Positions 25,201-38,975 are shown, counted from the whole stretch's first letter. The stretch: 63,246 bases of DNA, filler included, from Cercozoa sp. M6MM (GCA_040357565.1; 9 parts of 9 records of this genome joined end to end with filler, not necessarily neighbours in it), one strand, 5' to 3'. Numbers and translations are program-made. The notes: generated by a model not told the origin, from the letters alone.

Positions 25201-27708
25201 AGGCAAGCCCCAACGTTCAAAGAAGCAAAGGAATACCGCGATGCGTGCCGCTTCGGTCGGAGACATCGACAGCTGTGCGCATGTGTCATCAGTCACGCAA
25301 TCAAGACATGCAGACCAGAAAGAAAGGTACCGATCGACGACGATGTCTCACAGCGAGAGGGTCCGCCGTACCCTGTCGCTCATGCAGCATGATATCCAGC
25401 ATGTCTTGCGCCGACACTCCCGCGTCCTGTGGGAGGAGTCAAGAGAGTCAGAGAGATAACAGGGATAGGGAGGGGTTAGCTCTTACCGGAATGGCGTAGG
25501 ACAGACCTGGCGACGACACGGATTTCTGTCGCTCGCGCGCCACGATGGCCGGCATCTGCACCGAGCTCCGCCGCCGCCTCCTCTGCTCACACACACACAC
25601 GCACGCATGCACACACACACAAGAATCCTAATGCGGATCACAGGGTAACTCGTGGTACGGTTCGTGCCGCCGCTGAGTCGGTCGACACGTGCGCCGGCTG
25701 CTGCGGCCGCGGTGGCACTTGTGTTTTTGACGAGGCCTGCGGCGACTTGCCGCTGCACACGAGAGAGGGTAGGGGCAAAGGAGGTCGAGAGCAAATGGTG
25801 CGCACCTCGTGAAGAGCCGGAGTCGCTTGAGTGCAGCCAAGTGCGAATTCTTCCAATTGCTGCCACTCGACACGTTCTCAGCCGTGTGGTCGCTATGACC
25901 AGTCGGACTGCTGTCATCAGTAGGAGGCAGCACACCGTCTAGCGCGGCTTCGTCGAGACCGGCGATCGGCAGCTCACTGTTGCTCTGCTCGACCAGTTCG
26001 GAACCGTCCCATGAGTCGCGTCGACGCAGCAGCAGTTGCGCACCCGCCGTCGGGTCAAAATCGATCAGCGACGAGTGCAGCACACGGCGGTAGATGCCCG
26101 ACACCTACAAGGAAACATGGGGATAATAAAGTGAAGGGTAGGCAAGGAACAGGGTACCTTGACATAGGACGCAACGCACACAATGGTGATGAGACACGCA
26201 AAACCCGACATCTGGTCAATTCGAAAGTAACGGGGGGGGGGGGGGGGTTCATGGGTAAGAGATGATCTACCTTCAGCTGCCACTCAATGTCATGCGGTTC
26301 GCCGGTGCCGCTTCCATTGCGGACTGGGGACGTAAGGGGGTCAGAGTGGTGGAAGAAGAGGAAGATGCAGGGTAGGGTAGGTGTACCAGCCAATTCGAAC
26401 AGCAGCGCCATGGCTAGCACGACGAAGCCCATCCAGTGCAGATCGATCAGCTCTGCCGATACATGGGATCAGGGGACAGGAAAATTAAAGCGACATGGAA
26501 CAAAGGCACCGATAAAAACATGCTGTTTGCACTTGCGTAGGTACGTCGCGAAGCTGAATTGACTGCGCATAGACAGGCACACAGAAATGAAAGAAAATCA
26601 CTGGGTTGATCGCTCAGCACACACAGGAGCAATCATTACGGAGGCAGGTGATTGGCTGCAATGAAGTGCAGTCGCAGGTCATGGTAGCTGCCATGGAACA
26701 AGGAGTTAAAAGGAGCGGGAGAGGAGTACAGCAGAATACCGCCACTGCTGCAGTGCTTTGTCATAGTCACGGCGCGTCTGACTGTATCCACCCACATCCG
26801 CATAATCTACCAATCCACATCTTCTATTTTAGAGATACACAGCAAAGAGACGCTTCATCAACGACATGCGACGCAATTTGTCTCTACAGCCGGGGGGAGG
26901 GGGGTCAAGAAAGGTGGGAGTAAAGTAAAGGGAAGCTCCCACCTTAATCTAAGTCTTCTTGCTTGGATGTCGAGGTACTCCTGTGCCTCCATGGCCTGTG
27001 AGGGGACACAGCTAGTAGGGTCAGAGCAAGGCCGTTCAGGCAGAAAAGCTGGTCGTGATAGGGTGGCAAAACACAGTCTACCTCCAGGCGGTCCCAGTCG
27101 CGCGAGATGCGCACCGACACCCACATGAGCAGCAGGTTCAACACGATCTGCAGCACCATGAGCAGGAACAGCGTGAAGTGCACCACCTCCAGCGCATGTT
27201 TCACGTCCTTGTCTAGCGAGAACGACGCATCCGTTGCAAAAATTCCCGATGCCACCAGGCCAACGATCATGGCTAAGCTCATACCCAATCATTGACTCAA
27301 CCATTGGCTGCCCTTCCCCCCTACCCACAATAATAAACCAACGTACCCTCGCGATACAACCGACCAAGCAATTTGCTCAAGTGCTGATGTCTTTCCAACG
27401 CATGCTCGAGTCGATGCGTCACCTATCCTCGGTTCACACAAAGAACACCTCGACAGGAGCACCCCGCGCCCCCGAACAACTACGCCTACCGTCTCAATGA
27501 CGATCGTGATCAGTATGACGAATAGCGCGATCAAAGCGAGCACATTTAGCTACAGCAAGAAAGCAACGTCTTGAGACACATGGAGCACAGAAGCCATAGA
27601 AAAGCGAGAAGGAAAATGATTTTGGGGTCAGTTGGCCAGGTCAAACTGCACCTGCTTGTCGTCGAGAGGCCCAGAATCGCCACCGGCCAGCACGACAGGC
27701 AAGGACAT
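22224..27708 (-). CDS. MLO: MLO-like multipass membrane protein with long low-complexity insert and a C-terminal voltage-sensor-like module
   Basis: MLO hallmarks after splicing: TM1 ...ITIVIE, L.RLYRE before TM2, EVVHFTLF...W.RLE, FSFATYLRKC...ELIDLHW (FDF.KY motif), DLFWFGSHKFLL (FWF..P motif), final TM ...IIPLYTVI. Confidence 0.78.
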
Positions 27709-27868
27709 CAACTTCACGTGCTATGACGTGATTCGCTGCCCTGTCCACGCTGCTTTTTATACTCTAAGAGCTTGCTTTGGCAAGTTTGCTTTTTCTTTTT
27801 CTTTTGTGACTTTGCCCAGTGCTCCGGCACGGCTGCTTCTTGGCTTGCGAGACACAGCGACGAGTGTG

Positions 27869-29144
27869 ATGGCGGGTGCTCTATCTGCCAGCGTGTCTCG
27901 CACGCGCGCTGCGCCTGTTGGACGTCCTAAGGTGTGATGGTTAATTACTGAATTGATTGTACCATGGTAGCTCTGTAGGTTACGCCCTGGGCCGATTGGA
28001 ATGAATGGCGACTTGCGCAATCGCTTCTGTTCTCCCCAAACCCACAAATGCGGAGTCAGGTACCGTTGAACTGAGTTAATTTTATTCGGTTTATCTCTTG
28101 TCTAATGAAAAGGGTGTGTCATTGGTGAACATGTGGCGATCGCGCACGCACCACGTGCCAGCTGCGGTCGAGGTATTGCTTGTAGCCACCTATTACGTCT
28201 AAGGTGTTCAAACTACTGCGTTTTAGGCAACAGCGGCACTGACGGAGTCTCTGCTGATGGCGTCACATGGCTACCTCCGCACGCAGGTCGAACAGCACGC
28301 GGCGCTCTCGCTGATTCGCTTCTTTAACGGCGTCGTGGACCCGCTCCAGACGCGATCACACGCCATGCCGGTACTTTTTGATATTTTCATCTACATGTCT
28401 GGTTAATTCCATGGTCAAAACATAGATGAAACACCTGGCAAACCGTCTGGCACTGCCGCCTATCTTGACTGAACTGAGGCATACATGCTATCCTACTGTA
28501 CAATATGCACTGTTTATTCTATCTGATCTTTATGAGCTCTTGTAGACACGCGGCCACGCACCGTCGCTTGCCGCCGTTGGGTGCGCTACTGCACGGCCTG
28601 GAGGTGTCCTTTAGTTTCAGCAATATTGAGAACAGTTGCAAAGTGTTCCCGCAGCTGGCGCGTGGGTGGATCGAACGGCACTACTGGCTAAAGCAGCGAC
28701 AGTTGGTCGACTCATTCATGCAACCTACAGTGGACCGTACCTTTGCTATTATATTTCGGCATGTGATGTATATGTTGAATTACTTAGTGCGAGAGACGTT
28801 GACGGGGTACGTTGGGCGCAAGCGTTCTCGGAGACGCAAGTCAGAGGCACCGGTACACTGTGCATTGAATAGCATTCCTTCCCAGAGAGACATGTTGTAT
28901 TCGACAGGCACTGCTGGAGCAACTGTGCGGCGCACTCGACAACAACAGCGCCGAGTTCCATTTGGTTCCGTTGATTGTGCAGTCGCTGCCTGCTGACGAT
29001 GATGAGGTTCGTGGACTATTTGTGATCACACACGTGTCCAATTAACTTTTTGTAAGAAGGTGTGGCAAGACACGTTGCAAGAGTTGCAGCGTCACTTCCC
29101 GTCGCTGTTTGAAGCCCTGGCGCTTCAGCTTGCGCATGCGTGTG

Positions 29145-29198
<54 letters not shown>

Positions 29199-30617
29199 CA
29201 ACACGTGTCGTTAAACGCACCTGTGTATGCCAGCAACCGACAACAGTGAGACAAGGCATAACGTGTGGTTCTCGATCGGTATCACTTTGTCCCTCTGTCA
29301 GAGATGTGTCAAGTCTACACTTGTGTTTTGGCAGTCCTGGAGAAGACGTTGGCATTGCTGGAGCAGCAGCAGAATGTACTGATTGTTTTGCCCGTCCTAT
29401 GTCCTTTACCATGGAAATCAACCTTGAGCAGTCGGTGCGGCAGAACGATGCTCTTAGCGAGGTGCTTCGCGTGATGAGGTACTGCACATGTGCCAACAGT
29501 ACCAACTTGAAAATCGACACATAGTTCGCCTTCTCTGAACAGCCGAAACTCACGCTGCGTGTCACTGCTTCGGCCTCTTTTGGACGCTTACAGCGCAGAG
29601 TAGACCTTCTGTTAACATTTCATGCTGATGTAGTGCTGTGTGCGTGTGCGTAGTAAGAAGGCCGAGGTGGACGCATGCTTGGGCTACGTGACGCAGCAGC
29701 AAGCTAATCTCCTGGAACAACTGCTTGATATGCATGGTAGCTCCCTTCCCTCCCTCCATTCTACCTTTTGCTGCGAAATTGTTTAACCCTCTTCGTGTAG
29801 AGGAGGACATGAGGATGGAGGGCGATCACCAAGTTCCCGACTTTGACGCTGTCAACGCGTTGCTCGACCAGCAGTACACTGTCCTTCGCGTTTCTCTTTT
29901 TTATTCAGCTCTTTCGTAAACTATGGTGTGCAGTGAAAAGACTGCGCAGTTACACATGCCTGATGTCCCAATTGGTGCGTTTGTCGACTTGCGCAGCCGT
30001 GTCGTGATGGCTCCTCCTGCGGTATACTGCCTGATTTTGCCCACTGTCGCCTTTTCTCTTGCTCCCTCTGATTCGAACCGTGCCGTAGTTTGTCCCAGAT
30101 CAACCAAGCCTAGCTATCAACGTTGCAAACAGCATGAACACCTTCAACACCGCCTTTGGTGCCACCAACGAACTGCGCCAGAGCCATAGCACTGTTTTGG
30201 ACGAAGCCGCCCTGTGTGCCGACTTGACGCATTCTCATCTGTAGCACCTTGCCGCGTCCGTACATGCTTGGGCGTACACTTTATAGGCACTTGTAAATGT
30301 AGAGTCGATCACTGCGCGAACATGGCCAATTTCTTTGCTGTCCGACCGGAGGCACCAATGCGGTACACCATACCTGAGAGAAGGAGAAGGCACTTGTCAT
30401 TGCCAAACACTACTTGTGCAGACAAGTGGCCGGACGGAAGAGACGACAGCCGGAGCAAGCGAATGCACAGGACAAGAAAGACGTTTCGAATTCCGGTTCG
30501 AGCGCGAAAAAGCGAAACACAAACAGTCGCAACTCTGACGAGAAACAGAAACGACCCGGACCGCCGGCCAAGAAACGCGGTCGGCGCAAGAAGCGCTCTT
30601 CTCGCAAGTCAAATTAA
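27869..30617 (+). CDS. LAS1: LAS1 HEPN endoribonuclease (ITS2 cleavage)
   Basis: Spliced: VTPWADWNEW...|GVSLVNMWRSR..VPAAVE|ATAAL...LIRFFNGVVDPLQ...AMP|MKHLANRLALPPILTELR|HAATHRRLPPL...WIERHYW (RHxxTH active site). Basic NLS-like tail KKRGRRKKR. 3' exons are less certain. Confidence 0.88.
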
Positions 30618-31018
30618 GGAGCTTAATTTTGTTGAAGAGTGAACTAAGCGTGCTAAGCCCTCGTCGGCTTTTTTTTTGCATCCCGTCCGCGTCTTTGTTT
30701 GTTTGAAGACAGGTCGTAAGTGTATGTTTCAACAGAGGTGTGTTTCTGAACGTTGTTTCCGCAGAGATTTCCAGGCGACATGTCGGAAAATCGCGAATGT
30801 GAAATCAAGTGCACTTGTTCTCAGCGCAAGGGCAACAACTTGGCGACGTCTGACACCTTGCATGCGTCAAAAAGTAAAATGACTTCCCTGTCCAAGATTG
30901 CAGCTCGAGCCATGAGCACACCTGGAAAGCTGGGTATTGTTGATTCATCATCCTCATCTTCGGTAGCTTCGTCTTCTTAGTACTAGTACTCGACTCCGTC
31001 AGGCCCATTCGCTCGCGA

Positions 31019-31199
31019 GTCACACAGCCCTTTCTGAGTCCTTTTCGACCGAGTCGTCTTTGAGCGGCTCCGATGAGGTATCGAACGGCATCGTGCCCTG
31101 TCCTATGTTGGCTTTATAAGGTCCGCGCACGAGTGGCACGACATTCTTGTGCTCCACGATAATGTCACCCGTCGGGTTAACCCAGGCCTCTCCATCCAC
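31019..31199 (-). CDS. Diacylglycerol kinase, last exon (end of accessory domain); rest lost at linker
   Basis: After an AG acceptor: VDGEAWVNPTGDIIVEHKNVVPLV, matching the DGK Q.DGE(A/P)W..P...I.I.HKN motif. Confidence 0.7.
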
Positions 31200-31222
31200 C
31201 TGTATTTAAAATATGCTAGGTG

Positions 31223-31264
<42 letters not shown>

Positions 31265-31392
31265 NNNNNNNNNNNNNNNNNNNNNNNNNNNNNNNNNNNN
31301 NNNNNNNNTTAATTAATTAANNNNNNNNNNNNNNNNNNNNNNNNNNNNNNNNNNNNNNNNNNNNTGTGTGCGTGGCATGTGTGGCATGTGTG

Positions 31393-31427
<35 letters not shown>

Positions 31428-31604
31428 GCATGTGTGGCATGTGTGACATGTGTGTGTGTGTGTGAGTGTGGTGCGACATGTGTGTGTGGGTGTGTGTGTG
31501 TGTGTGGTATGGCATGTGCTGCTGGTGTGCCGAGCATGCTTCAGCGAGCCGTGCGCGTCGTGCGGTCCATGCGCGTCGCATCCGGCCTACCCGGAGTTTG
31601 TGAC

Positions 31605-31880
31605 GGAGCGCCGAGGACAAGTGCGGCGTGATGACGTCGATGCAGAAGGTGCTGAGCAGCATGGACACGGTGGCCAGCTGCTTTGCCGACTGCCAGGGCT
31701 TAGGCGGCCTCACGGACCAGCTAATCAAGGACTGCGCGGCGTGCGTGTCGGATCAGCTGCAGGGCGCCATGGCCGGCTGCGACTGCGTCGGCACTACGGT
31801 GGCCACGACGCTCAGCTGCGCCGACCTCGGCAAGATTCAGGGCTGCGGCGACGACGCCGCCTGCATGGCCGAGTCCGGTA
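31605..31880 (+). CDS. Cys-rich helical protein fragment, possibly pseudogenic
   Basis: Strong coding-like GC3 bias (DKCGVMTSMQKVLSSMDTVASCFADCQG...CAACV...GCDC...). A clean exon structure could not be built. Confidence 0.35.
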
Positions 31881-33182
31881 AAACTGCAGTGACTTTGGTG
31901 TTCAAGGAGCCGGAAACCGAAAATTTAATCCCAGCGTTCATATCAGCAACTGCGAAATGTCCGTCGTATCGAATCCCGTGGGTGACATCGTCCCTGCCGC
32001 GCAACGTCCTTCCATTTCCAAATTGCCGACCAACCAACACAACACGGAAGTCACCACAAGATTGCGACCCGGTAGCCCATGGTCGCTCGGCGACACAGTG
32101 CGTTGGAAAGATGTGCATGGTCAGATTGAATCTCGCGGGCTCCACTGCGGACTCTTGGAGGGTGGTTGTCTGGAGTCGGAAGTCGCGCAGGCACACCGTC
32201 ACCGCCGGCGCTACAGCTGAGTATTCTGATGTTTCAACTGCGAGTACAGCAGCGCCGCAGGCCACACCACTGGTACCGCCTTCGACTTCTTCGGCCGATT
32301 AAGACGTCAAACTGCTCGGAAGGAGACTTGTAGTAGCTACCGCCGTAAATCTGATCGCACTAAATACTGTACACATGAACTATCGTACAGTGGGTGATAC
32401 TGTCATCACGTCAGCTGCTTCAGTTGTTTTTACTCGAGCTCGAGCTCGCCATCGCATCGAGCGCGCCGGACATCGATATCCGCGCCGGCCCGGGTACTGG
32501 TCGCCATGCAGTACACCACACAACAGAAGGATACCCAGAACAGCCTTGGCACTGTCCGACGAGCCACACGCACCGACCGATGAAAAGGAGGGTTTATGTG
32601 ATCCTGCGTCCAACTGCTCGACATGCGAGGGGGCGACGCCGGCCCGGCGCTCGAGTGCGAGCTCGCCGACCGCTTCGGCTACGCACAGTCGCTCGGCGCG
32701 TTTGCCGGCCTGTCGCAGAAGCTGTAGAGACCAACGGTCGATGACGTGCATGATGGACACGGACGAGGCGTGCGCCGCCAAGCTCGTGGAAATCAAGGGC
32801 ATGTTGACGGAGCGCCTGCACGGTGCAGTTTGTCAAAGCGCTGCTGATGGCCACTCAGGTGCGCTGCAAGGACCAGTACCAGTGACCTGACGTCGGCGCA
32901 GTGCGTGCAGTGCGTCGACCATTACAATCCTCACGCTAATACTGTCAAGTACGCCAGTCGAGTGTATACGTACCGTACGATAGGTATCTCGATAATTCTA
33001 TGCTATGGTCGCGCCTGTGGCGTGCCGAGCGGCGTGGCACGGCGGTTAGGCTTCATAGATACGAAACTGCGACTGAGCGGCAGTCGTACAGACGAGAATT
33101 CGATCCTCGAAATCGTTCCAATCGACTCGACTCGACTCGACTAAACTCATTGCTGCTGCTTCGTCGACGACGACGGACGCCG

Positions 33183-36100
33183 TTACGTGCCGGGAGCGCA
33201 GTCGGGTTCATCGGTGTCGCCGCACACAGTCGTCGGGGTAGGAGGAGCCGTCCCATCAATGGCAGTCATGGCGATCTCCATCGGCGACTCGGCGTTCTCC
33301 TGCTGCACACACACACACACACACACATACACACACACACACATACACACACACACACACACACACATACACACACACACACCAACGATACTTAAGAGAG
33401 CGTCGCTATTGATTGAGGGGAGCTCAGAGTACCGGCAGTAGGCCGAGCAGCTGGTTGCGCTCGACGTCGAAGGCGTCACTGTGTGTGTGTGTGGGGGGGG
33501 GGGGTAAGGGGTAGGAAGTAAAGGGGTAGAGCACTCGTACTAGTTCATAGCAGTGAGTCCGCCCATGAATCGCACGCCCTTATGACGCGACTTTTCGAGC
33601 ACCTCAGGCGTTCTGGCCACGATGCCGCCACCCTACGGGGCAGGGAGGGGGTAAAGGGGGTGGTAGGGGGTAGGGGTAAGGTATAGGGGATAGTGGGGTA
33701 AAACAAAGACACCTCGTCGAACTTGTCAAAATCGCGCGGCGACACCAAACGCGTCGCCAGCACCTGGGGGGGGGGGGGGGGGTAAGGAGTAAAGGGAGTG
33801 CGGGGTCACAACAATGCCTACCTCGTCCAGTGGCCGGCCCATCATGGACAGGCGCGCCAACGGAGCGCACGTGCACAACTGATCGCATTGTTAGAGTCAC
33901 ACCGTCAGTCACAGTAACACACAGAAACCATCAGAGTGACACAGAGTGGAGAAACAACGCACCTCGACGAAACGCGCCATCATGCGACGCAGCAGCGATG
34001 AATCCGAGTCGACCTGCACAGTGGTAGGGGGTAAGGGGGTAGGAGGAGGTTAAAGAGTCAGTCCTTTACCCGCATAACTCGCACGGACTTGATGTCGACA
34101 TTGCCGTCCGGTAGCAACAAATCTGCCGCACCAGGGGTCGAAGATGTGGTAAGGGGTGGACGAGAGGATAAGACTCACTCATTCGCTCGCCGCGCCGATG
34201 TCGCCAGCCGAGCGATTTCACGGCGATCAAGCAGAGCACCTGTCATACCAGTTTCGCACACATCCACGCAGAGTCTCCCTCCCACGAAATACCAAGAAAA
34301 GACATACCAGCAGGAAGGACGACAAGAGAACCCACACGGCAAAGAGATTGCTTTGTGCCTGTGTGAGTCCACAAATCCAGCTCTGTCAAATGTACGCAAG
34401 TTGAGTCCAACTGTACTTGTGTCATAGGCTCAGAGGCAGTCGACAGTCCGAGCACCGTGAGTAGGTGACTCAACAGCACCAGTAGCTCCATCACATTGTC
34501 TGAAGCACGACGATACGGCCATGTACACAGCTGCACCGCCAGAAACACCGTCGTACACGCGCCTGCACGAGGGAGTTAAGGGGAGGTAAACAGCCCAGAA
34601 GTCTCGTCCTACCCACGAGGAAGAGCATGCGCCGAGTTTCGTCCTGACTCACGTTGACGAACACTATCACCAGCAGCAGCTGCACACAAACGAAAAACAC
34701 CACCTTCCCAGATAATAAACGGGCAAGACTGGGGTGTGTTTGTGTCTACCGTTCGACGCAGCAGCACGAGTGGCTCCCAGAAGTAGTACTGCGGTCGATA
34801 AACCTGTCCCCCAGCAGGAAATAACTCTGGTGAACAAAAGAGAGGAATCTACAAGAACCACGCACCTCAGTGAGCACGCCAATGCGCTGTTGTGCCTCCA
34901 GAGTGAACTGTCCAGTTTCACCCAGTTCAGTTCTATCTTCCGCGCGGACAGCAAAAAAAAAAACGGTACGAGACGCTGGCGACGCAGACGGCGTCGCATG
35001 ATGAACATCAGCCATGCCGGGATACCCAGACCAAACACGAGTCCAATCACCACCAAGAACAGTCGAGTAGTCACTGTAACACACCCTTCATCAAATAAGT
35101 GTTAAAAACTAGACAAGCAGACAAACATACGGTAGGCAGTTGACGTGCACGTCACCGAGGGATACGACTTTAGCACCTGTACACCGTCCAGTCCGGCGTC
35201 GGTGCAGCCAAACACCACTTGAATCACCACGTCCTGTTGTTTCAGTTGTTTTGTATTATTGTCTTTTTGGCAAAAGGGGCAGAGGATTGTACCAGGACTG
35301 CCGCGTAGCTGCCGATCAACTACAGCACACGCGTGACAGTGATGCACACATCGCCTCACCTTAGAGAGTACACGGAGGCTACCAGGTAGAGTGCCGTGCG
35401 CCGGAAGGCAGCCAGTGTGGCAGAGATGGCTACAATGAAGAGAGAGAGAGAGGGGTACACGGGCTGGGTACAACTGTACCGTCCAAACATGGGCACAGTG
35501 TACAGGTTCGTTCGTGTCGCAGGAAACGCATCAGGATCAGTCGCATCGCCAGCAGGAAACCCAGCATGCCCTGGAAGGGGGGTACAGGGGGAGGGGGTAA
35601 GGGCAAAGCAGTGTGTACCATGGTGAAGACCGGCGTCAGCACCGAGACCCAGATCCGCGACATGGCACTAGGCACAGCAACACCACCATTATACAAAAGT
35701 AATTGTATAGATATAGAAAGATAGATAGGCAGGAAGAGAGATAGATAGGGAGGAAGATAGATAAATAGATAGATAGATAAAGATAGATAGAGATAGATGG
35801 ATAGTAAGATCGATAGATAGATAGACAGGCAGGTAGATAAACAGGCAGATAGATAGACAGACACAGTAACGAGAGATGGATAGATGGAATGAGCTTACGA
35901 GACACGGCCGTAGCACATGCTGCCGCCCGTGAGTGCCACAATATCTAAGGTACATATGGACAGGTCCAAATGGACAGGTACACATGAAAACCTAGGTACA
36001 CAAAGACAAAAAGAGGTCCAAAAATACCTAACTGGAAGAGGCCAAAGAAGAGTTTCGCCACCCAACTAAACACACGAATGTGTACAAACCAGTGGTTTCA

Positions 36101-37967
36101 ATGGACAACAATTTGTTCCTCTGTGTGTACTACTTAAGGAAGAGCGATACCCCGACAGCGACACATCAATGGCGCCAGCGAACAACTTGCTCATTTGTAC
36201 GTAGTACATCATGATACGCACCGATGCATCGCTGGGGGGGGGGGGTAAGAGAGGGTGTGTGGGGGAGGGGATAAAGGAGAAAACTACCGCAGATTCTTGG
36301 CCAGGTAGTGCACGATCTCGACGTACAGGATGTACATGACAGCCACAACAACAAGGTTGCCAATGACACTGCCGTCATTGTCGCACCGGATGCACGAGTT
36401 GCCCCACTCGTAGTACCCGTCCTGACACTCGCCGCACAGTCGGTTGCCTGTCGGTGACTCGCGGTTCGCGCCACTGTCGGGGGGGGGGTAAGGGGTGAAG
36501 GGCTAAGGGGCTAGAAGGGCAAACCTACCAACACGTGCGCGGCAACTCGTCGCCGTCCTCGTCGTACTCGACGTCGCACTCCGATCCCTGGGGGGGGCGT
36601 AAAAGAGAAGGGGGGGGGGGGGGGTTAAACTACCGCCAGACACAGCTGTCCCGTCTTGCAGCGATAGGCTCCCACCTCGCCTGTCCAAGGTACCTCTCTC
36701 ACACACCTACAAACAAACCAGTCCGACTAAGCCTACCTGTCTCTTTGTCGACATCAATCCAGTAGTCTGTGACAGAGGGTAAAAGGTAACAAGAAGGCAA
36801 AGAGGGGGCAAACGAGGGGGTAAGGGGGTAAGGGGGTAAAGGGGATAGAGGGGGTAAAAGGCCCACCAGCTAGTGCCGAGACACGTCCGTCAAAACACTC
36901 GGCACCGTCGGGACACACGACGCACGGTCCGACCACGCGGCCACCGGCACGCGGCGTGTACTGTCCGCGCGGACACTCCACGCACGTAGCCAGTGCCAAG
37001 GCCGGTTCGAAGGAGCCACCATCCGTCGCCACGATCGTGTTGGAACCAAAGCACGGTGCGCACTCCGTCTGGAGGAGGGGTAAACAGGGATAGGGTAAGG
37101 AAAGGGGTAAACAGGGGACAAACAGGGGCGTAAAAAGGGGGTAAACCCACCGCGCTAGACAGTGGGTTGAACTCAAAGGCGCCGCAATCGACGCACGTGC
37201 TGCCATTGACGGCATAGGTACCCGGCACACAGGCCGCACAGGCCACACCGCCGCGAGAGACTGCTCCGCGCGGACACTGCTGACACACCTGCCAGTCAGG
37301 TGCCTGCGACGACGGTTCCATACCGTCGGGACACAGGGCGTAACTGATGCGGTAGCCCGTGTTTATCGGCGTCGCTGCCGCACTCGCGTAGGTCGCCGGG
37401 TTCCTACATTCGGGGGAGGCGGGGGGTGAAGGGGTAACAGTAGAGAGGCTAGGAAGCACAGTACGTGTAGTCGGTATCATTGCGCACTGATAACACTTGC
37501 AGCGAGAAACTCGCGTCGCTGCCTTCCTGTGGGACGGGGGAAGGTAAGAGGGAGGTAAGAGGGGATGAGAGAGGTAAACCCACCATCTTGGCAGGAATAC
37601 TCGGCAGTCGGAACTGAATCAGTTTCGACTCAGCTACACACACGTCCAAAGAGAGGTGTACAGGGTAAAAAGAAAACAGGGAAGGAGGGTAAAACTGGGG
37701 GTAAAAGGGAACAAAAGGGGGAGGGGTAAGGGGGCAAAAGGGAGACTACCTGCACCTTCGACCACATCGATTGGGCCATGCGAATACACGACCTCACTGC
37801 TCTTCAGCAGTCGCACCTGAGGTCGGGTGATGGGCGAATAAAGGGGTAAGCAGGGGGTAAACAGGGGGTTAAAACAACCCACGCCGTAGCGGAAGGCGAC
37901 GTCGTCCAAGTTGAACACCATGAGCGACAGACTCTCCTCTACGCAACAAGATACACACAAATACACA

Positions 37968-38010
<43 letters not shown>

Positions 38011-38022
38011 CCCACACACACA

Positions 38023-38074
<52 letters not shown>

Positions 38075-38975
38075 TACACACACACACGTCGTGCCAATTG
38101 ATCCCACTGACACTCAGTCACTTAGTCACTCGGTCAGTCAGAAAAAGTACCACTGGTGTGACCCTCACGTGGACAGCCCGTCAGTAGGTTCATGTCCTAC
38201 ACAAGGGTGAGAGGGGGTAAGGAGGTAAGGAGGAGGGGGGCAAGTTACACTCGCAGCCTCGCAGCCCGAATGACTCGCCGACGCGCCAATCTGACGCAGC
38301 TACATTCGGGGGGGGGGGGGTAAAAAAGGGGTAAACAGGGGGGGGGGGGTAAACAGGAGGTAAACTGGGGGGTTAAACAGGAGATAAAGTATGTGCACAT
38401 ACTTGAACAAAGAAGGCCGCCTCGAACGACATCAGCGCATACGCACTATTCCAGGAGGGCGTATGGGAGGGGGTCAGAAGGGGGTAAAACAACTACTACC
38501 TCAAGTCAGTGTTGGGAAACGCCACCGACGGAAACGCCTCCGTCAGCACATTCTTCGACGGATCGTCGTCTACAGGGAAGGAGTAGGGGTAAAGGGAGTA
38601 AAGGGGGTATAGAAGGCGGTAAAGAATGGGGTCAAGAAGGGGGTAAAGTACTGTCCCATAAGGCCTCTGGCGGCATCTCAGCCCACAAGGACACACCGAC
38701 AGGCATGTTGTACTCGGCCATGTTGCCCGGCAGTGGCACCACTGCCACCGTTTTCTGGGGGAGGGGGTAAAAGGTAAAGTGAAGAAAAGAGGGGGTAAAG
38801 AGGGTAAACAGGGAAAAGGGATAAGAGGGGGTAAAGAGGAGGGTAAAGAGGGGGGTAAAGAGGGGGGTAAAGGTACCGTATCTAGTGCCAGTCGCGGGTC
38901 GAACGTCGTCTGCGCAAGGCTGCGCAGTGTGTCCAAAACATTCGCCGGGAGCACACTCGCGTAGTCGTCTATCAC
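33183..38975 (-). CDS. Large surface receptor-like protein: CxxC Cys-rich (GCC2/GCC3/ephrin-receptor-like) repeats followed by a multipass TM domain; 5'-truncated
   Basis: CQQCPRG, CAACVPGTY, CVECPRGQY, CVVCPDGAEC, YWID, C..NR...LCGECQDGY, then RIMMYYVQ, VLKSYPSVTC, GLGIPAWL and further TM helices. Low-complexity tail ends at 33183. Confidence 0.8.
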
